Part shown: positions 8,648 to 18,161 of the stretch, piece after piece
Layout: each line of letters opens with the position of its first letter
Numbering within the stretch: position 1 is the stretch's first letter
Source of the DNA: an uncultured bacterium
GTDB lineage: Bacteria; JAJVIF01; JAPKYR01
DNA length: 24,546 nt
Direction: 5' to 3'
Assembly: GCA_965369865.1 (NCBI GenBank)
Contig: CBDURU010000046.1
Span: 1 to 24,546, forward strand
Position numbers and translations under genes: made by a program
Notes under the pieces: model-generated
Told to the model about the DNA's origin: nothing
The model's database searches: none
The model's input: only the letters and a program-made list of their open reading frames with translations

Positions 8648-9709
8648 ATGCAAACCGTATTCAGTCACATTATTCAAAAGCGTTTCTCCCGATCATATGA
8701 AGACGTTGCCACCGATGCGCTTGCGTTTATTCTTAAATCGAACGATGCAGCTCATAAAGGCATGATGAAGCTGCTTAGACGCATTGATAACAACCTTCCG
8801 GACCTTCAATTCACCACACAGCAAAGCGAGGACAACATCCGTCCTGATATGTGGGGTAATCATGAAAATGAACCTCATGTTTTTATTGAGAACAAGTTCT
8901 GGACTGGCCTGACTGACAATCAACCAGTTAATTACCTGAAGAAACTCGCTGAAAAACAACATCCAACAATTCTACTTGTAATCGGACCTGAAGCTAGAGT
9001 GCATACACTATGGCGGGAACTTCAGAAACGACTGAAATATGCTGAAATCTTTTCAACAGATAGAGGTAATCCTGATGGAATCGTTTATATAGTAACGACA
9101 GGTACGGGTCCCATACTCGCTCTAACAACCTGGCAGAAAGTGATTTCAGTACTTAAGGATGAAGTAACCGATAATAGTACTCTGAGTGATATTCACCAAT
9201 TACGTGCACTCTGCGAAGCAGCAGATATTGAGGCATTTACACCCCTATCTGCACATGACCTAACTGATCAGCGCATACCTGCATTAATTCGTCATTTTGA
9301 CACTATTATGCAAGCTATCTTTGACTTGGGGGTTTCTGAAGGAGTCCTTAGTATCAAGGGGCTTATGCCAAAATCAGATTGGAATGGATTCGGCCGTTAT
9401 GCAAGGTTTTCGAATGAAAATGGAGTTGGCATGTGGCTCGGAGTTCAATTTGAGCTATGGAAAAAACATGGAGGGACTCCCTTATGGCTGGATTTTAACA
9501 ATGGTGAATTAAGTTTTTCGCATAAGGTGCGGTCGTTACTCAAAACATGGGCTGCCAAGGAAGGCATATTTACGTCCTGGGATGACGATGAATTTATAAT
9601 GGCCATCGACATCGAGACCGGAGAGGAAAAAGACAAGGTGGTCAGGGCAATCGTAGATCGTTTGAAAGAGATTGCGGATGTGTTATCCACACTGGAATTG
9701 AAAACGTAA
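8648..9709 (+). CDS. PD-(D/E)XK nuclease superfamily protein
   Basis: N-terminal EDVATDAL helix, RPDM...FIENKF...NQPVNY motif; AT-richer than the core genes. Confidence 0.75.
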   Translation: MQTVFSHIIQKRFSRSYEDVATDALAFILKSNDAAHKGMMKLLRRIDNNLPDLQFTTQQSEDNIRPDMWGNHENEPHVFIENKFWTGLTDNQPVNYLKKLAEKQHPTILLVIGPEARVHTLWRELQKRLKYAEIFSTDRGNPDGIVYIVTTGTGPILALTTWQKVISVLKDEVTDNSTLSDIHQLRALCEAADIEAFTPLSAHDLTDQRIPALIRHFDTIMQAIFDLGVSEGVLSIKGLMPKSDWNGFGRYARFSNENGVGMWLGVQFELWKKHGGTPLWLDFNNGELSFSHKVRSLLKTWAAKEGIFTSWDDDEFIMAIDIETGEEKDKVVRAIVDRLKEIADVLSTLELKT

Positions 9710-9930
9710 AAAGCAAACAACTACCTATTGATTTAAATTAATAACTAAGCCAATAATCCAATATACCCGGAACGGCTCGAATGGTCGTGCTGAGGTTGAT
9801 GGGTGGTTATACCGTTTTAGTCCTCTTTTGGTTCTTTTAGTTGTCCCCTTTGATTGACTATTCCAAACTAATAATGATAATGACCGTGTGGTATTTCCTT
9901 TAATTGATTGCATCCAGAGGTTTATCTTCC

Positions 9931-12033
9931 ATGTTAGATTCACTCTTATATCCGAAATCCATCGCTGTTATAGGGGCGTCTAAATCCCCGGGGAAAGTCG
10001 GTTACGAAATCCTTTCAAATATAATAAACGGGGGATTTGAAGGGGATATCATTCCTGTGAACCCAAAAGCCGATGAGGTGCTTGGCCTGAAATGTTATCC
10101 CGACATCAGGGAATATGATGGAGATATTGACTGTAGTGTAATTGCCGTGCCTACACGGTTTGTCAAGGATGCCGTCAGCGGTTCGATTACGGCGGGCGTG
10201 GGATCGATTATAGTAATAACCGCGGGTTTTAAGGAAACCGGGAAGGAAGGAGTCGAACTTGAGAAGGAAATAGCTGAGCTATGCCGGAGGGCGAATGTCA
10301 GAATGATGGGACCAAATGTTGTTGGACTGATCAACACCCATCACTTAATGAACGCAACATTTGCGACTGGAATGCCTCTAACGGGCGGAATTTCAATCAT
10401 CTCACAGTCCGGAGCGATTGTCGCATCCATTCTAGACTGGGCGGCAGGTCAAAAGCTGGGCCTTGCCAAACTGGTAAGTATGGGCAACAAGGCTGATTTG
10501 AATGAGGTTGATTTCCTGGAGGCTCTGGGAAATGATGATGAAACCAGGGTAATTATCTGCTATCTGGAAAGTATCGATTCGGGTGATGAGTTTGTGAGAA
10601 TGGCGGAGGAGATCGCCAACCGTAAACCTGTGGTCGTATTGAAGGTTGGGACCACAAAAGCCGGGGGAAAAGCCGCGTCATCCCACACTGGAAGCCTTGC
10701 AGGAGCGGATATCGCATATGGTGCCGCATTTAAACGTTCGGGAGTTATTCGGGTTACTACATTCGAAGCTCTGCTCGATGCGGGTATTGCTTTTTCCATG
10801 CAGCCCATTCCGAAGGGAAATCGTGTTGCGGTAATAACAAATGCGGGCGGACCGGGAATAATGGCGGCGGATGCAGTTGAAAATCACGGGATGGTTGTGG
10901 CGGGATTATCGGAAGAAACGCGTCGTGAACTGCAAAAGAACCTTCCCGCTGCCGCAAGTGTCGGGAACCCGATCGATGTGCTCGGAGATGCCGATCCGGT
11001 AAGTTACGCAAGGGCGGTCGGTGTTGCGCAGGCTGATGATAGTATTGACGCAATTATTTCCCTCCTTTCACCACAGGCCATGACGGCGCCGATTGAAACA
11101 GCGAGAGCGATCGCGGATATTGTCGATGGCACAAAAACAATCCTTCTTTCATTCCTCGGCGGCAAAGCTGTTGTTCCCGCGAGGAGTGAGTTGTTAAAGA
11201 AGGGATTGCCCAACTATTTCTCGCCTGAAAGGGCGGTCAGGGCTTTGAAGTCGATGGTGGATTATGCCGCCTGGCGCCGGCGTCCACCGAGGATAGTGAC
11301 GCGTTTCCCTGTAAATCGGAGGCGCGTGGAAAGAATCATCAACCGTTACAGGAAAATTGGAAACCGGGAGATCGGGGAGGTTGATGCAAAGGATATTCTG
11401 AAGGCGTATGATTTTGTTGTGCCGGAAGGTAAAGTAGCAAAAACATCTGAAGCGGCTGTCCAGATTGCGGAACGGTTGGGATTCCCGGTCGCGATGAAAA
11501 TTGTATCTCCCGACATCATACATAAATCGGATTTAGGTGGCGTCAAAATCGGCCTGGCTACACCGGACAGTGTCCGCGACACGTTCGATCTCATGATGAT
11601 GAGGATCCAGCATCATTCGCCGGGAGCCGATCTTAAGGGGGTCCTGGTTGAGAAAATGGCTGAGAAAGGCCTTGAGGTAATCCTAGGCATGAACCGGGAC
11701 CCGCAATTCGGTCCAATGCTTATGTTTGGACTTGGCGGGATTTTTGTCGAGGTGATGAAGGATGTAACCTTTCACCTTGCACCGATTACGCCTGATGAAG
11801 CCATGCAGATGCTTGAGGGAACGCGCTCATATGCATTATTAAAAGGTGCGAGGGGACAGTCGGGGGTGGACATGAACGCGATAGCCGGCGGCCTTCAGCG
11901 TATGAGCCAGCTTGTTACCGATTTCCCCCAAATTACAGAACTAGATATCAATCCCTTTATCGTCGGTCATGTTGGAAAAGAAGCCGTCGTGGTCGACGCC
12001 CGGATGTCTCTATCTGGAGTTGGTAAAAAATGA
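9931..12033 (+). CDS. ADP-forming acetate/acyl-CoA ligase, fused alpha-beta
   Basis: PKSIAVIGAS, GPNVVG, SQSGA, SSHTGSLAG (catalytic His), ATP-grasp HKSDLGGV, ELDINP; ATG 9931 follows AGAGG. Confidence 0.93.
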   Translation: MLDSLLYPKSIAVIGASKSPGKVGYEILSNIINGGFEGDIIPVNPKADEVLGLKCYPDIREYDGDIDCSVIAVPTRFVKDAVSGSITAGVGSIIVITAGFKETGKEGVELEKEIAELCRRANVRMMGPNVVGLINTHHLMNATFATGMPLTGGISIISQSGAIVASILDWAAGQKLGLAKLVSMGNKADLNEVDFLEALGNDDETRVIICYLESIDSGDEFVRMAEEIANRKPVVVLKVGTTKAGGKAASSHTGSLAGADIAYGAAFKRSGVIRVTTFEALLDAGIAFSMQPIPKGNRVAVITNAGGPGIMAADAVENHGMVVAGLSEETRRELQKNLPAAASVGNPIDVLGDADPVSYARAVGVAQADDSIDAIISLLSPQAMTAPIETARAIADIVDGTKTILLSFLGGKAVVPARSELLKKGLPNYFSPERAVRALKSMVDYAAWRRRPPRIVTRFPVNRRRVERIINRYRKIGNREIGEVDAKDILKAYDFVVPEGKVAKTSEAAVQIAERLGFPVAMKIVSPDIIHKSDLGGVKIGLATPDSVRDTFDLMMMRIQHHSPGADLKGVLVEKMAEKGLEVILGMNRDPQFGPMLMFGLGGIFVEVMKDVTFHLAPITPDEAMQMLEGTRSYALLKGARGQSGVDMNAIAGGLQRMSQLVTDFPQITELDINPFIVGHVGKEAVVVDARMSLSGVGKK

Positions 12034-13904
12034 ATAAGAAGAATCTCAGTTACGATCCGGACTGGAAAGAAAAATATTCGGAGATGATAGTTACCGCAGA
12101 TGAGGCAGTCAGCAGGATCGGTCCCGGCCAGAGGATATTTATTGGAACCGGATGCGCACAACCACAGGAACTGGTCAAAGCCCTGGTAGACAGAGCGCCA
12201 TATCTTGCGGATACCGAGATTGTTCATCTTCTTACTATCGGCGATGCACCCTATGCCCATAAAACACTTGCGGAGCAGTTCCGGGTCAACAGCTTCTTCA
12301 TCTCTGATAATGTCCGTGATATTATCCAGGAAGGCCTGGGTGATTACACGCCAATTTTCCTTTCTGATATCCCCCGCCTTTTCAATTCCGGACAGCTCCC
12401 TCTCGATGTCGCGCTCATCCATGTTTCCCCTCCCGATGAGGACGGAATGTGTTCGTTTGGGATTTCAGTCGATATAGTTATGAGTGCCGCTGAGAATGCT
12501 TCCACCGTTATCGCGCAGGTTAACCCCCGGATGCCGAAAACCCTTGGAGACAGCTTTATAAATGTATACGATATTGACCTCCTTGTCGCGGTCGATACTC
12601 CTCTTCTTGAATCAATACCCCCGGAGCCTACCGAAGTTACCAGAAGCATCGGAGAATATGTCGCCGCACTAGTTGATGATGGCGCGACGGTTGAGCTTGG
12701 CATCGGCCGGATTCCCCAGTCGATACTGGAATTCCTTAAGGATAAAAAAGACCTCGGGATTCATACCGAGATGTTCACCGATGCCATTATCGACATGATT
12801 GAATCGGGTGCTGTAACCGGATCGAGAAAATCCGTCGACCAGGGTAAAATTGTTGCGAGTTTCTGCCTGGGCACAAAAAAAGTTTATGACTATATCGATA
12901 ATAACCCGTTATTCTCATTCCACCCGACCGAATATGTCAACGATTCATATTTAATCGGGCAGCAGTATCATCAGGTTGCTATTAATGTTGCACTTGAGGT
13001 TGATCTTACAGGCCAGGTCTGTGCGGACTCGATTGGAGACAGATTCTACTCGGGAATCGGCGGCCAGGTCGACTTCAATCGCGGCGCAGCAAAGTCGCAC
13101 GGCGGGAAGGCAATTATCGCGATGCCGTCAACGGCAAAATCCGACTCTATCTCAAGAATTGTTTCGACATTAAGCCCGGGTGCCGGTGTAGTAACAACCC
13201 GGGGAGACGTCCATTATGTAGTAACCGAATTGGGTGTTGCCTACCTCCATGGGAAAAGCGTGCAGGAACGCGCCCTGGCACTTATCAGTATTGCCCATCC
13301 GGACTTCCGGGAGCAGCTTCTGAGGGATGCCATTGAGATGAATTACGTCCGCAGGGAAATGGAAGCTGTTGAGGATAAAATTATTGTCGGCCCGAAGGGA
13401 TTACGCGCGGCATATCTACTCGAAGATGGCACACAGGTATCATTCCGACCGATCCATCCTACGGATCAGGAGGGTATGCGGGACCTGTTCTATGCATTAT
13501 CCCAGCAGACCGTTTATTACCGTTTCATGAGCCAGATGAAACAGATTCCGCAAAAGCAGATACAGGATTTCGTCTATATCGACCACCGCGACGAAGTTGT
13601 ACTTGTTGGTACCCTGCCTGAAGCTCATGGGGATGAGATTATCGCTGTCGGAGGATATTACCTCGATCCACGCACCAACCGTGCCGAGGTTGCCTTTGTT
13701 GTCCGTGACGAATGGCAAAATCGCGGAATCGGCAAATTTATGCTGACACAGCTTACAAATATCGCTAAACGAAATGGTATCGCAGGCTTTATCGCTGAAA
13801 CGCTCGAGGAAAATCGGGGTATGCAGGCGGTATTCAATCATAGCGGTTTGAAAGTCAGGAGCAGGCTCGAAAGTGGAGTTTACAGCTATGTATTGGATTT
13901 CTAA
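12030..13904 (+). CDS. Acetyl-CoA hydrolase/CoA-transferase fused to a C-terminal GNAT acetyltransferase
   Basis: LGIGRIP, LGIHTEM, SGIGGQVDF, VVTELGVA; GNAT AEVAFVVRDEWQNRGIG; ATGA overlap with the upstream gene. Confidence 0.93.
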   Translation: MNKKNLSYDPDWKEKYSEMIVTADEAVSRIGPGQRIFIGTGCAQPQELVKALVDRAPYLADTEIVHLLTIGDAPYAHKTLAEQFRVNSFFISDNVRDIIQEGLGDYTPIFLSDIPRLFNSGQLPLDVALIHVSPPDEDGMCSFGISVDIVMSAAENASTVIAQVNPRMPKTLGDSFINVYDIDLLVAVDTPLLESIPPEPTEVTRSIGEYVAALVDDGATVELGIGRIPQSILEFLKDKKDLGIHTEMFTDAIIDMIESGAVTGSRKSVDQGKIVASFCLGTKKVYDYIDNNPLFSFHPTEYVNDSYLIGQQYHQVAINVALEVDLTGQVCADSIGDRFYSGIGGQVDFNRGAAKSHGGKAIIAMPSTAKSDSISRIVSTLSPGAGVVTTRGDVHYVVTELGVAYLHGKSVQERALALISIAHPDFREQLLRDAIEMNYVRREMEAVEDKIIVGPKGLRAAYLLEDGTQVSFRPIHPTDQEGMRDLFYALSQQTVYYRFMSQMKQIPQKQIQDFVYIDHRDEVVLVGTLPEAHGDEIIAVGGYYLDPRTNRAEVAFVVRDEWQNRGIGKFMLTQLTNIAKRNGIAGFIAETLEENRGMQAVFNHSGLKVRSRLESGVYSYVLDF

Positions 13905-13969
13905 ATATTTGTCTAATATCAAAGCTGGTCTCGATTTGCGGATACATGCCGATGAACGACTATAAGTAA

Positions 13970-14150
13970 GTCGCGGCTGTATCAGGCTCGCGCCTGAGGC
14001 GCTACTGCTACTGAGCAAAAAACCTGGCAATTTGAGAGAAATCTTCTCCCCTTATTTGAGGGGGATTTTTTTTACGTTTGAAGCTCTGTCGGGCGGATTG
14101 ATGGGAGGAATAAGGAGGGGGTGGAAAGCTGGAATGATGGGTGGTTGTTC
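13970..14150 (+). pseudogene. Heavily deleted LDT 3' remnant with terminator and purine-rich tail (repeat remnant)
   Basis: GGCTGTATCAGGCTCGCGCCTGAG joined to GCGCTACTGC (107 nt of copy 1 missing); 14033-14084 identical to 17972-18023. Confidence 0.9.
14041..14073 (+). terminator. Intrinsic terminator (LDT repeat-derived)
   Basis: TCCCCTT-ATTT-GAGGGGGA hairpin plus T8. Confidence 0.75.
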
Positions 14151-14223
14151 CCTTTTAAGAACCCATCGATTTGTGTTCCACTCAGAATACCTGGGTTTTA
14201 CGACGCCATGGTTAATTCACACA

Positions 14224-14252
14224 TTGACATATAAAACTTCCTTTGATACGAT
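14224..14252 (+). promoter_or_regulatory. Sigma70 promoter with extended -10 for the lipoprotein gene
   Basis: TTGACA-17nt-TACGAT with TGn; SD AGGAGGT at 14302-14308. Confidence 0.7.
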
Positions 14253-14315
14253 ATATGAAACATAATAAAGGCTGGTAATAATACATTAATACCTGCAAAT
14301 CAGGAGGTCACGTAT

Positions 14316-17300
14316 ATGAACAGGAAAGAGATGTATTTTATTAGTTGTTTAATTTTCCTCGCAACGGTTTTCCTGCTACTTGGTTGCTCATCGGGTAACA
14401 ACCCGGTCGCGACACAGGCACAGATTCCCGATAATCAGATCGTTACAGGATCAAATACAAGCCAGGATACTCAACCTGAACGTGATCCCACATCGGAACG
14501 GTTCCTTCTTGACTACGGCTTAATTTATCTCAACACAGAAAATCAGGACAGGCCTGGTGTTGAAATTATCCCGTTACGTGCCGGATTTCTGCATCTGAAC
14601 ATTCTAAAAATCCTCGAAGTGATGCCGTGCACGAATTGTTTCAAGATCGTTGGGTTTGATTTCCCCGAACCGGGAGTGCTGGATGTCGATATCGAGATTA
14701 CGCACCCGTTTTCAGACCTCGATCTATCCATTTTTGATGTCAGGGTAATCATGATGTTCCAGGGAAGCAAGACGTTTCCCGCTTCGGGACTGACGATGTC
14801 CGATCCTGATCTGGGGGATGGGTTTCTCAGGAATGCCGAGGGTTTAAGCACGCTTTTCAATGGGAATACTCCGGATGCGCCGACGGGTGACTTTTTCAAA
14901 TACTTTCCGGGCAGGTTTTCAACACTGACTTTGCCGAATTCCAGCCTGAACGGGTATGTCTATTACACAACCGACGATCCAGCTAACACCCGAAATGCGT
15001 TTTATGCAGGGGATTCTGTCACGCGGACGCTTTCGATCAAGTTGCCGACATCCGAATTTATCCTCGGCTACGCGGTAGATGCTAACTGGGCGTTACCCCT
15101 TGATTCACCGGTTGATGATCCCATAGAGGATTTCGGACTGGACGCCAATTCTCCTGAGCCTTACAAAATTGAAATTACCGAAGACCCGATTGGTGATGGA
15201 CTCACAAATGCCGGTGGTGAAACAGAGTTATTGATCGATGTTTACGATTGGCAGGGGAAGGAATCGCATTTCGAGCCGGTTATCGAGTGTTTCGAAATTT
15301 TCGAAGACACAATTACCGCGTCATGGTTAGATGACGGTCCGGGTTATGCAAGGTATTTGGTAACGATTTCGAACGAGAAACTGGCCGATGTGGGTGAGTA
15401 CACATGCCTTGTTTCTGTCGAAGACAACGAAAACGCGACATCGCCCGACTGGATGGATCTGACTGCTTATCAGACATGTACAATAAATATCAGTGAATTT
15501 GTTCACCAGGACCCGGTTGCCGCAGCCACTGCTGATACAAATCCGCAGACTGTCTGTGAGAATATACACTTTGATGGAACCACGTCGCATGACCCGGATG
15601 GCGGCACCATCACAAAATACGAATGGTCATGGGACAACGGGCAGACATACGATCCCGCTGATGTCGGCAGTGAGATTGACCATGCGTGGGATACTCCGGG
15701 AACGTACAATGTCCAGCTTCGAGTTACAGACGATGAGGGTGCGCAGGATATACTTGACGCACCGCTTGAAATCCAGATCGTGAACGAATTACCAACTGCG
15801 GTTGTTGAGGTCACACCGGCTGATTATTTCGGGTATCCATATTTTTTCGATGGTTCGGGTTCTCATGACAATGACTGTGGCGATATGGAAATCGTTTCAT
15901 GGGATTGGGATTTCAATAACGATGGATACGTGGATGCATCCGGGGTTGAAACGGAATTTACCTTTACGGAAGGGGGCGATCATGAGGTCCAATTGAAAGT
16001 CACTGATGATGAAGGCGAATCTGCATGGCTTGATGAACCGGTCAGCATTTACGTCGAGCCGAGATGGACGGATACCATAGGCGGCGCGGATGATGATTCC
16101 CCAAACGGCATAGATACTGATCCTGAAGGCAATGTGTATATCTGCGGTGAAATTTCAGGCACAGTTGATTTCGATCCCAGTGACTCTGTCTTCAATCTGG
16201 AAGCCAACGATGACGATGCCTTTGTGGCAAAATACGGACCGGAGGGTGAACTTTTATGGGCGTATTCCTGGGGATCTGATGGAGGGTGGTCAGAAAAGGG
16301 TGTGGATATCGAAGTGGATTATGATAATAACAAGGTCCTGGTGCTTGGCAAGTTCACCGATCAGGTTGATTTTGATCCTGTCGGAGAGGATATCCATGAC
16401 TGGTGGGACGAGGGAGAGGTATACATTGCCGAGTATGATCTCGCGGGTAATTACCAACAGGTAATTATTTTTGGCGGCGTACACAACAATGGACGGCTCT
16501 GGCCATATGCGATGGATATCAGCGAAACTGGAAATTCAATGGTAATTTGCGGCTTATTCTCAGGTACCTGTGATTTCGACCCAGGGGAAACTGAGGAAAA
16601 AAGAAGCACTCCAACCAGTGCCAACCATGCATGGCTGCTGAAACTTGATAGTAATTATAATTTTGATTGGGTCAGTACATGGGGAACTGATGTTGTTTCT
16701 TCATACGTCAGGCCTAAAGACGTTTCAATTGGAATCGGGAATGTGATCTATTGCATCGGCTATAGCAACTATGAAATTGATCTTGATCCTGATCCTTTTG
16801 ATGAATTATTATCTATCAAGCGTTTCCTGGTAATGTATGGGAGTACCGGCCAATTTGTTGACGGCTTTGGTAACTATGATCCCTGGATTCGGTCAGTCTG
16901 GGCCGATCCGGATTCTTATAACTTTTACATTGGTGGGAGTTATAGAATCAATGAAGATCTCGATCCCGGCGACGGTACATGGGAGTTAGAAACCATGGGA
17001 CATTCAGATGCTTTCCTGTGTAAATTCTCAAGTACGCCCGTAAGCCTGGAATGGGTCCGACATTGGGGATCTTACCAGCATGATTCTGTTTGGCCCATTT
17101 CAGGAAATTCGGTAACCCAGATGGTTGCAGTCGGTGGCTATTTCGGTGATACAATCGATTTCGGAGAAGGCTTGGTGGACAATAATGGGGAAAAGGATGT
17201 ATTTGTTAATGTATTTACCTTTAATGGGTACCACGTTCATGCGTATGCATTCGGTGGTACAGGTGATGATGAATGCTCAAAATTGGTCTGGAACGAGGAT

Positions 17301-17417
17301 CTGGACTGGCTGCTGGGTACCGGGAAATATACCGGCACTGTGGATTTTGATCCCGGCCCCCTGGAGGATATCCAGGACGGATTTGGCGGTATCGATATCT
17401 GGATCACGAAGTTTTAA
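14316..17417 (+). CDS. Large acidic surface lipoprotein with two PKD domains and C-terminal beta-propeller-like (SBBP-like) repeats
   Basis: Lipobox LLGC; PKD motifs FDGTTSHDPDGG..YEWSW..VQLRVTDDEG and FDGSGSHD..WDWDF..VQLKVTDDEG; repeated DFDP/DLDP motifs. Confidence 0.85.
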   Translation: MNRKEMYFISCLIFLATVFLLLGCSSGNNPVATQAQIPDNQIVTGSNTSQDTQPERDPTSERFLLDYGLIYLNTENQDRPGVEIIPLRAGFLHLNILKILEVMPCTNCFKIVGFDFPEPGVLDVDIEITHPFSDLDLSIFDVRVIMMFQGSKTFPASGLTMSDPDLGDGFLRNAEGLSTLFNGNTPDAPTGDFFKYFPGRFSTLTLPNSSLNGYVYYTTDDPANTRNAFYAGDSVTRTLSIKLPTSEFILGYAVDANWALPLDSPVDDPIEDFGLDANSPEPYKIEITEDPIGDGLTNAGGETELLIDVYDWQGKESHFEPVIECFEIFEDTITASWLDDGPGYARYLVTISNEKLADVGEYTCLVSVEDNENATSPDWMDLTAYQTCTINISEFVHQDPVAAATADTNPQTVCENIHFDGTTSHDPDGGTITKYEWSWDNGQTYDPADVGSEIDHAWDTPGTYNVQLRVTDDEGAQDILDAPLEIQIVNELPTAVVEVTPADYFGYPYFFDGSGSHDNDCGDMEIVSWDWDFNNDGYVDASGVETEFTFTEGGDHEVQLKVTDDEGESAWLDEPVSIYVEPRWTDTIGGADDDSPNGIDTDPEGNVYICGEISGTVDFDPSDSVFNLEANDDDAFVAKYGPEGELLWAYSWGSDGGWSEKGVDIEVDYDNNKVLVLGKFTDQVDFDPVGEDIHDWWDEGEVYIAEYDLAGNYQQVIIFGGVHNNGRLWPYAMDISETGNSMVICGLFSGTCDFDPGETEEKRSTPTSANHAWLLKLDSNYNFDWVSTWGTDVVSSYVRPKDVSIGIGNVIYCIGYSNYEIDLDPDPFDELLSIKRFLVMYGSTGQFVDGFGNYDPWIRSVWADPDSYNFYIGGSYRINEDLDPGDGTWELETMGHSDAFLCKFSSTPVSLEWVRHWGSYQHDSVWPISGNSVTQMVAVGGYFGDTIDFGEGLVDNNGEKDVFVNVFTFNGYHVHAYAFGGTGDDECSKLVWNEDLDWLLGTGKYTGTVDFDPGPLEDIQDGFGGIDIWITKF

Positions 17418-17523
17418 GACCAATTCCGTTAAGCGAAATTTGATTGTGCGTAATTTAATCTGGCGATAGATTTTACGAGATCGGGTTTTTCATGGCGCGA
17501 GCTAACGCCCATAACTAGCCTGT

Positions 17524-17952
17524 CCTGAACCTGAAAGAAAAGTAATTATTTCTCTTGCGGACCAGCAGATGTGGATTTACGAGGACGGGGAAGTGCTGCA
17601 CAGGTTCCTGGTGTCCACCGGTGTACCGGGACATCGCACCCCGACCGGAAACTACAGCGTCCGGAGCCAGGCGGCACGCGCGTATTCGAACAAGTATGAA
17701 TGCTTCATGCCCAACTGGTCGGCTATCACCAGCGATGGATTGTACGGCATGCATTCGCTCTAGGGCACCAGCTACCTTCGCCACCTGGGATCGGTCGCAA
17801 GCCACGGATGTATCAGGCTCGCGCCTGAGAATGCGGAATGGCTTTATAACTGGGTCGAGATCGGCACGCCGGTCGATATCGTCGACGATTATACGGAACC
17901 ACCGCAAGCCAAGGCGATCGAATACCGGATCGAAAGACGCTACTGCTTCTGA
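17524..17952 (+). pseudogene. 5'-truncated LDT copy with premature stop (copy 2)
   Basis: About 93% identical to 6482-6910 (29 differences counted by hand); TAG at 17761-17763; no signal peptide region. Confidence 0.95.
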
Positions 17953-17980
17953 TTAAAAAAACCTGGCAAAATGAGAGAAA

Positions 17981-18012
17981 TCTTCTCCCCTTATTTGAGG
18001 GGGATTTTTTTT
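17981..18012 (+). terminator. Intrinsic terminator (LDT repeat-derived), convergent with the response regulator
   Basis: Same hairpin plus T8 as 14041-14073. Confidence 0.75.
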
Positions 18013-18161
18013 ACGTTTGAAGCACCATCGGGTGGAGGGAGGGGAAGGGATAAGGATGGGAGATGAAGCTGGAACAAAAAGAAGTTGTACACTTATATTT
18101 CCCCCTTTTTAACAAAATTAATGCAAGGAATAATAAGTGATTGTTTGCATCTAAACCCAGG

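Noticed and set aside
17418..17523. Integron attC site (GTTAAGC and TAAC motifs)
   Set aside because: GTT precedes AAC (wrong order), no extended palindrome, no equivalent at other junctions, no IntI
17524..18075. Retro-copied mRNA origin of the truncated LDT copies
   Set aside because: Homology between copies extends beyond the terminator and all copies are clustered in tandem orientation
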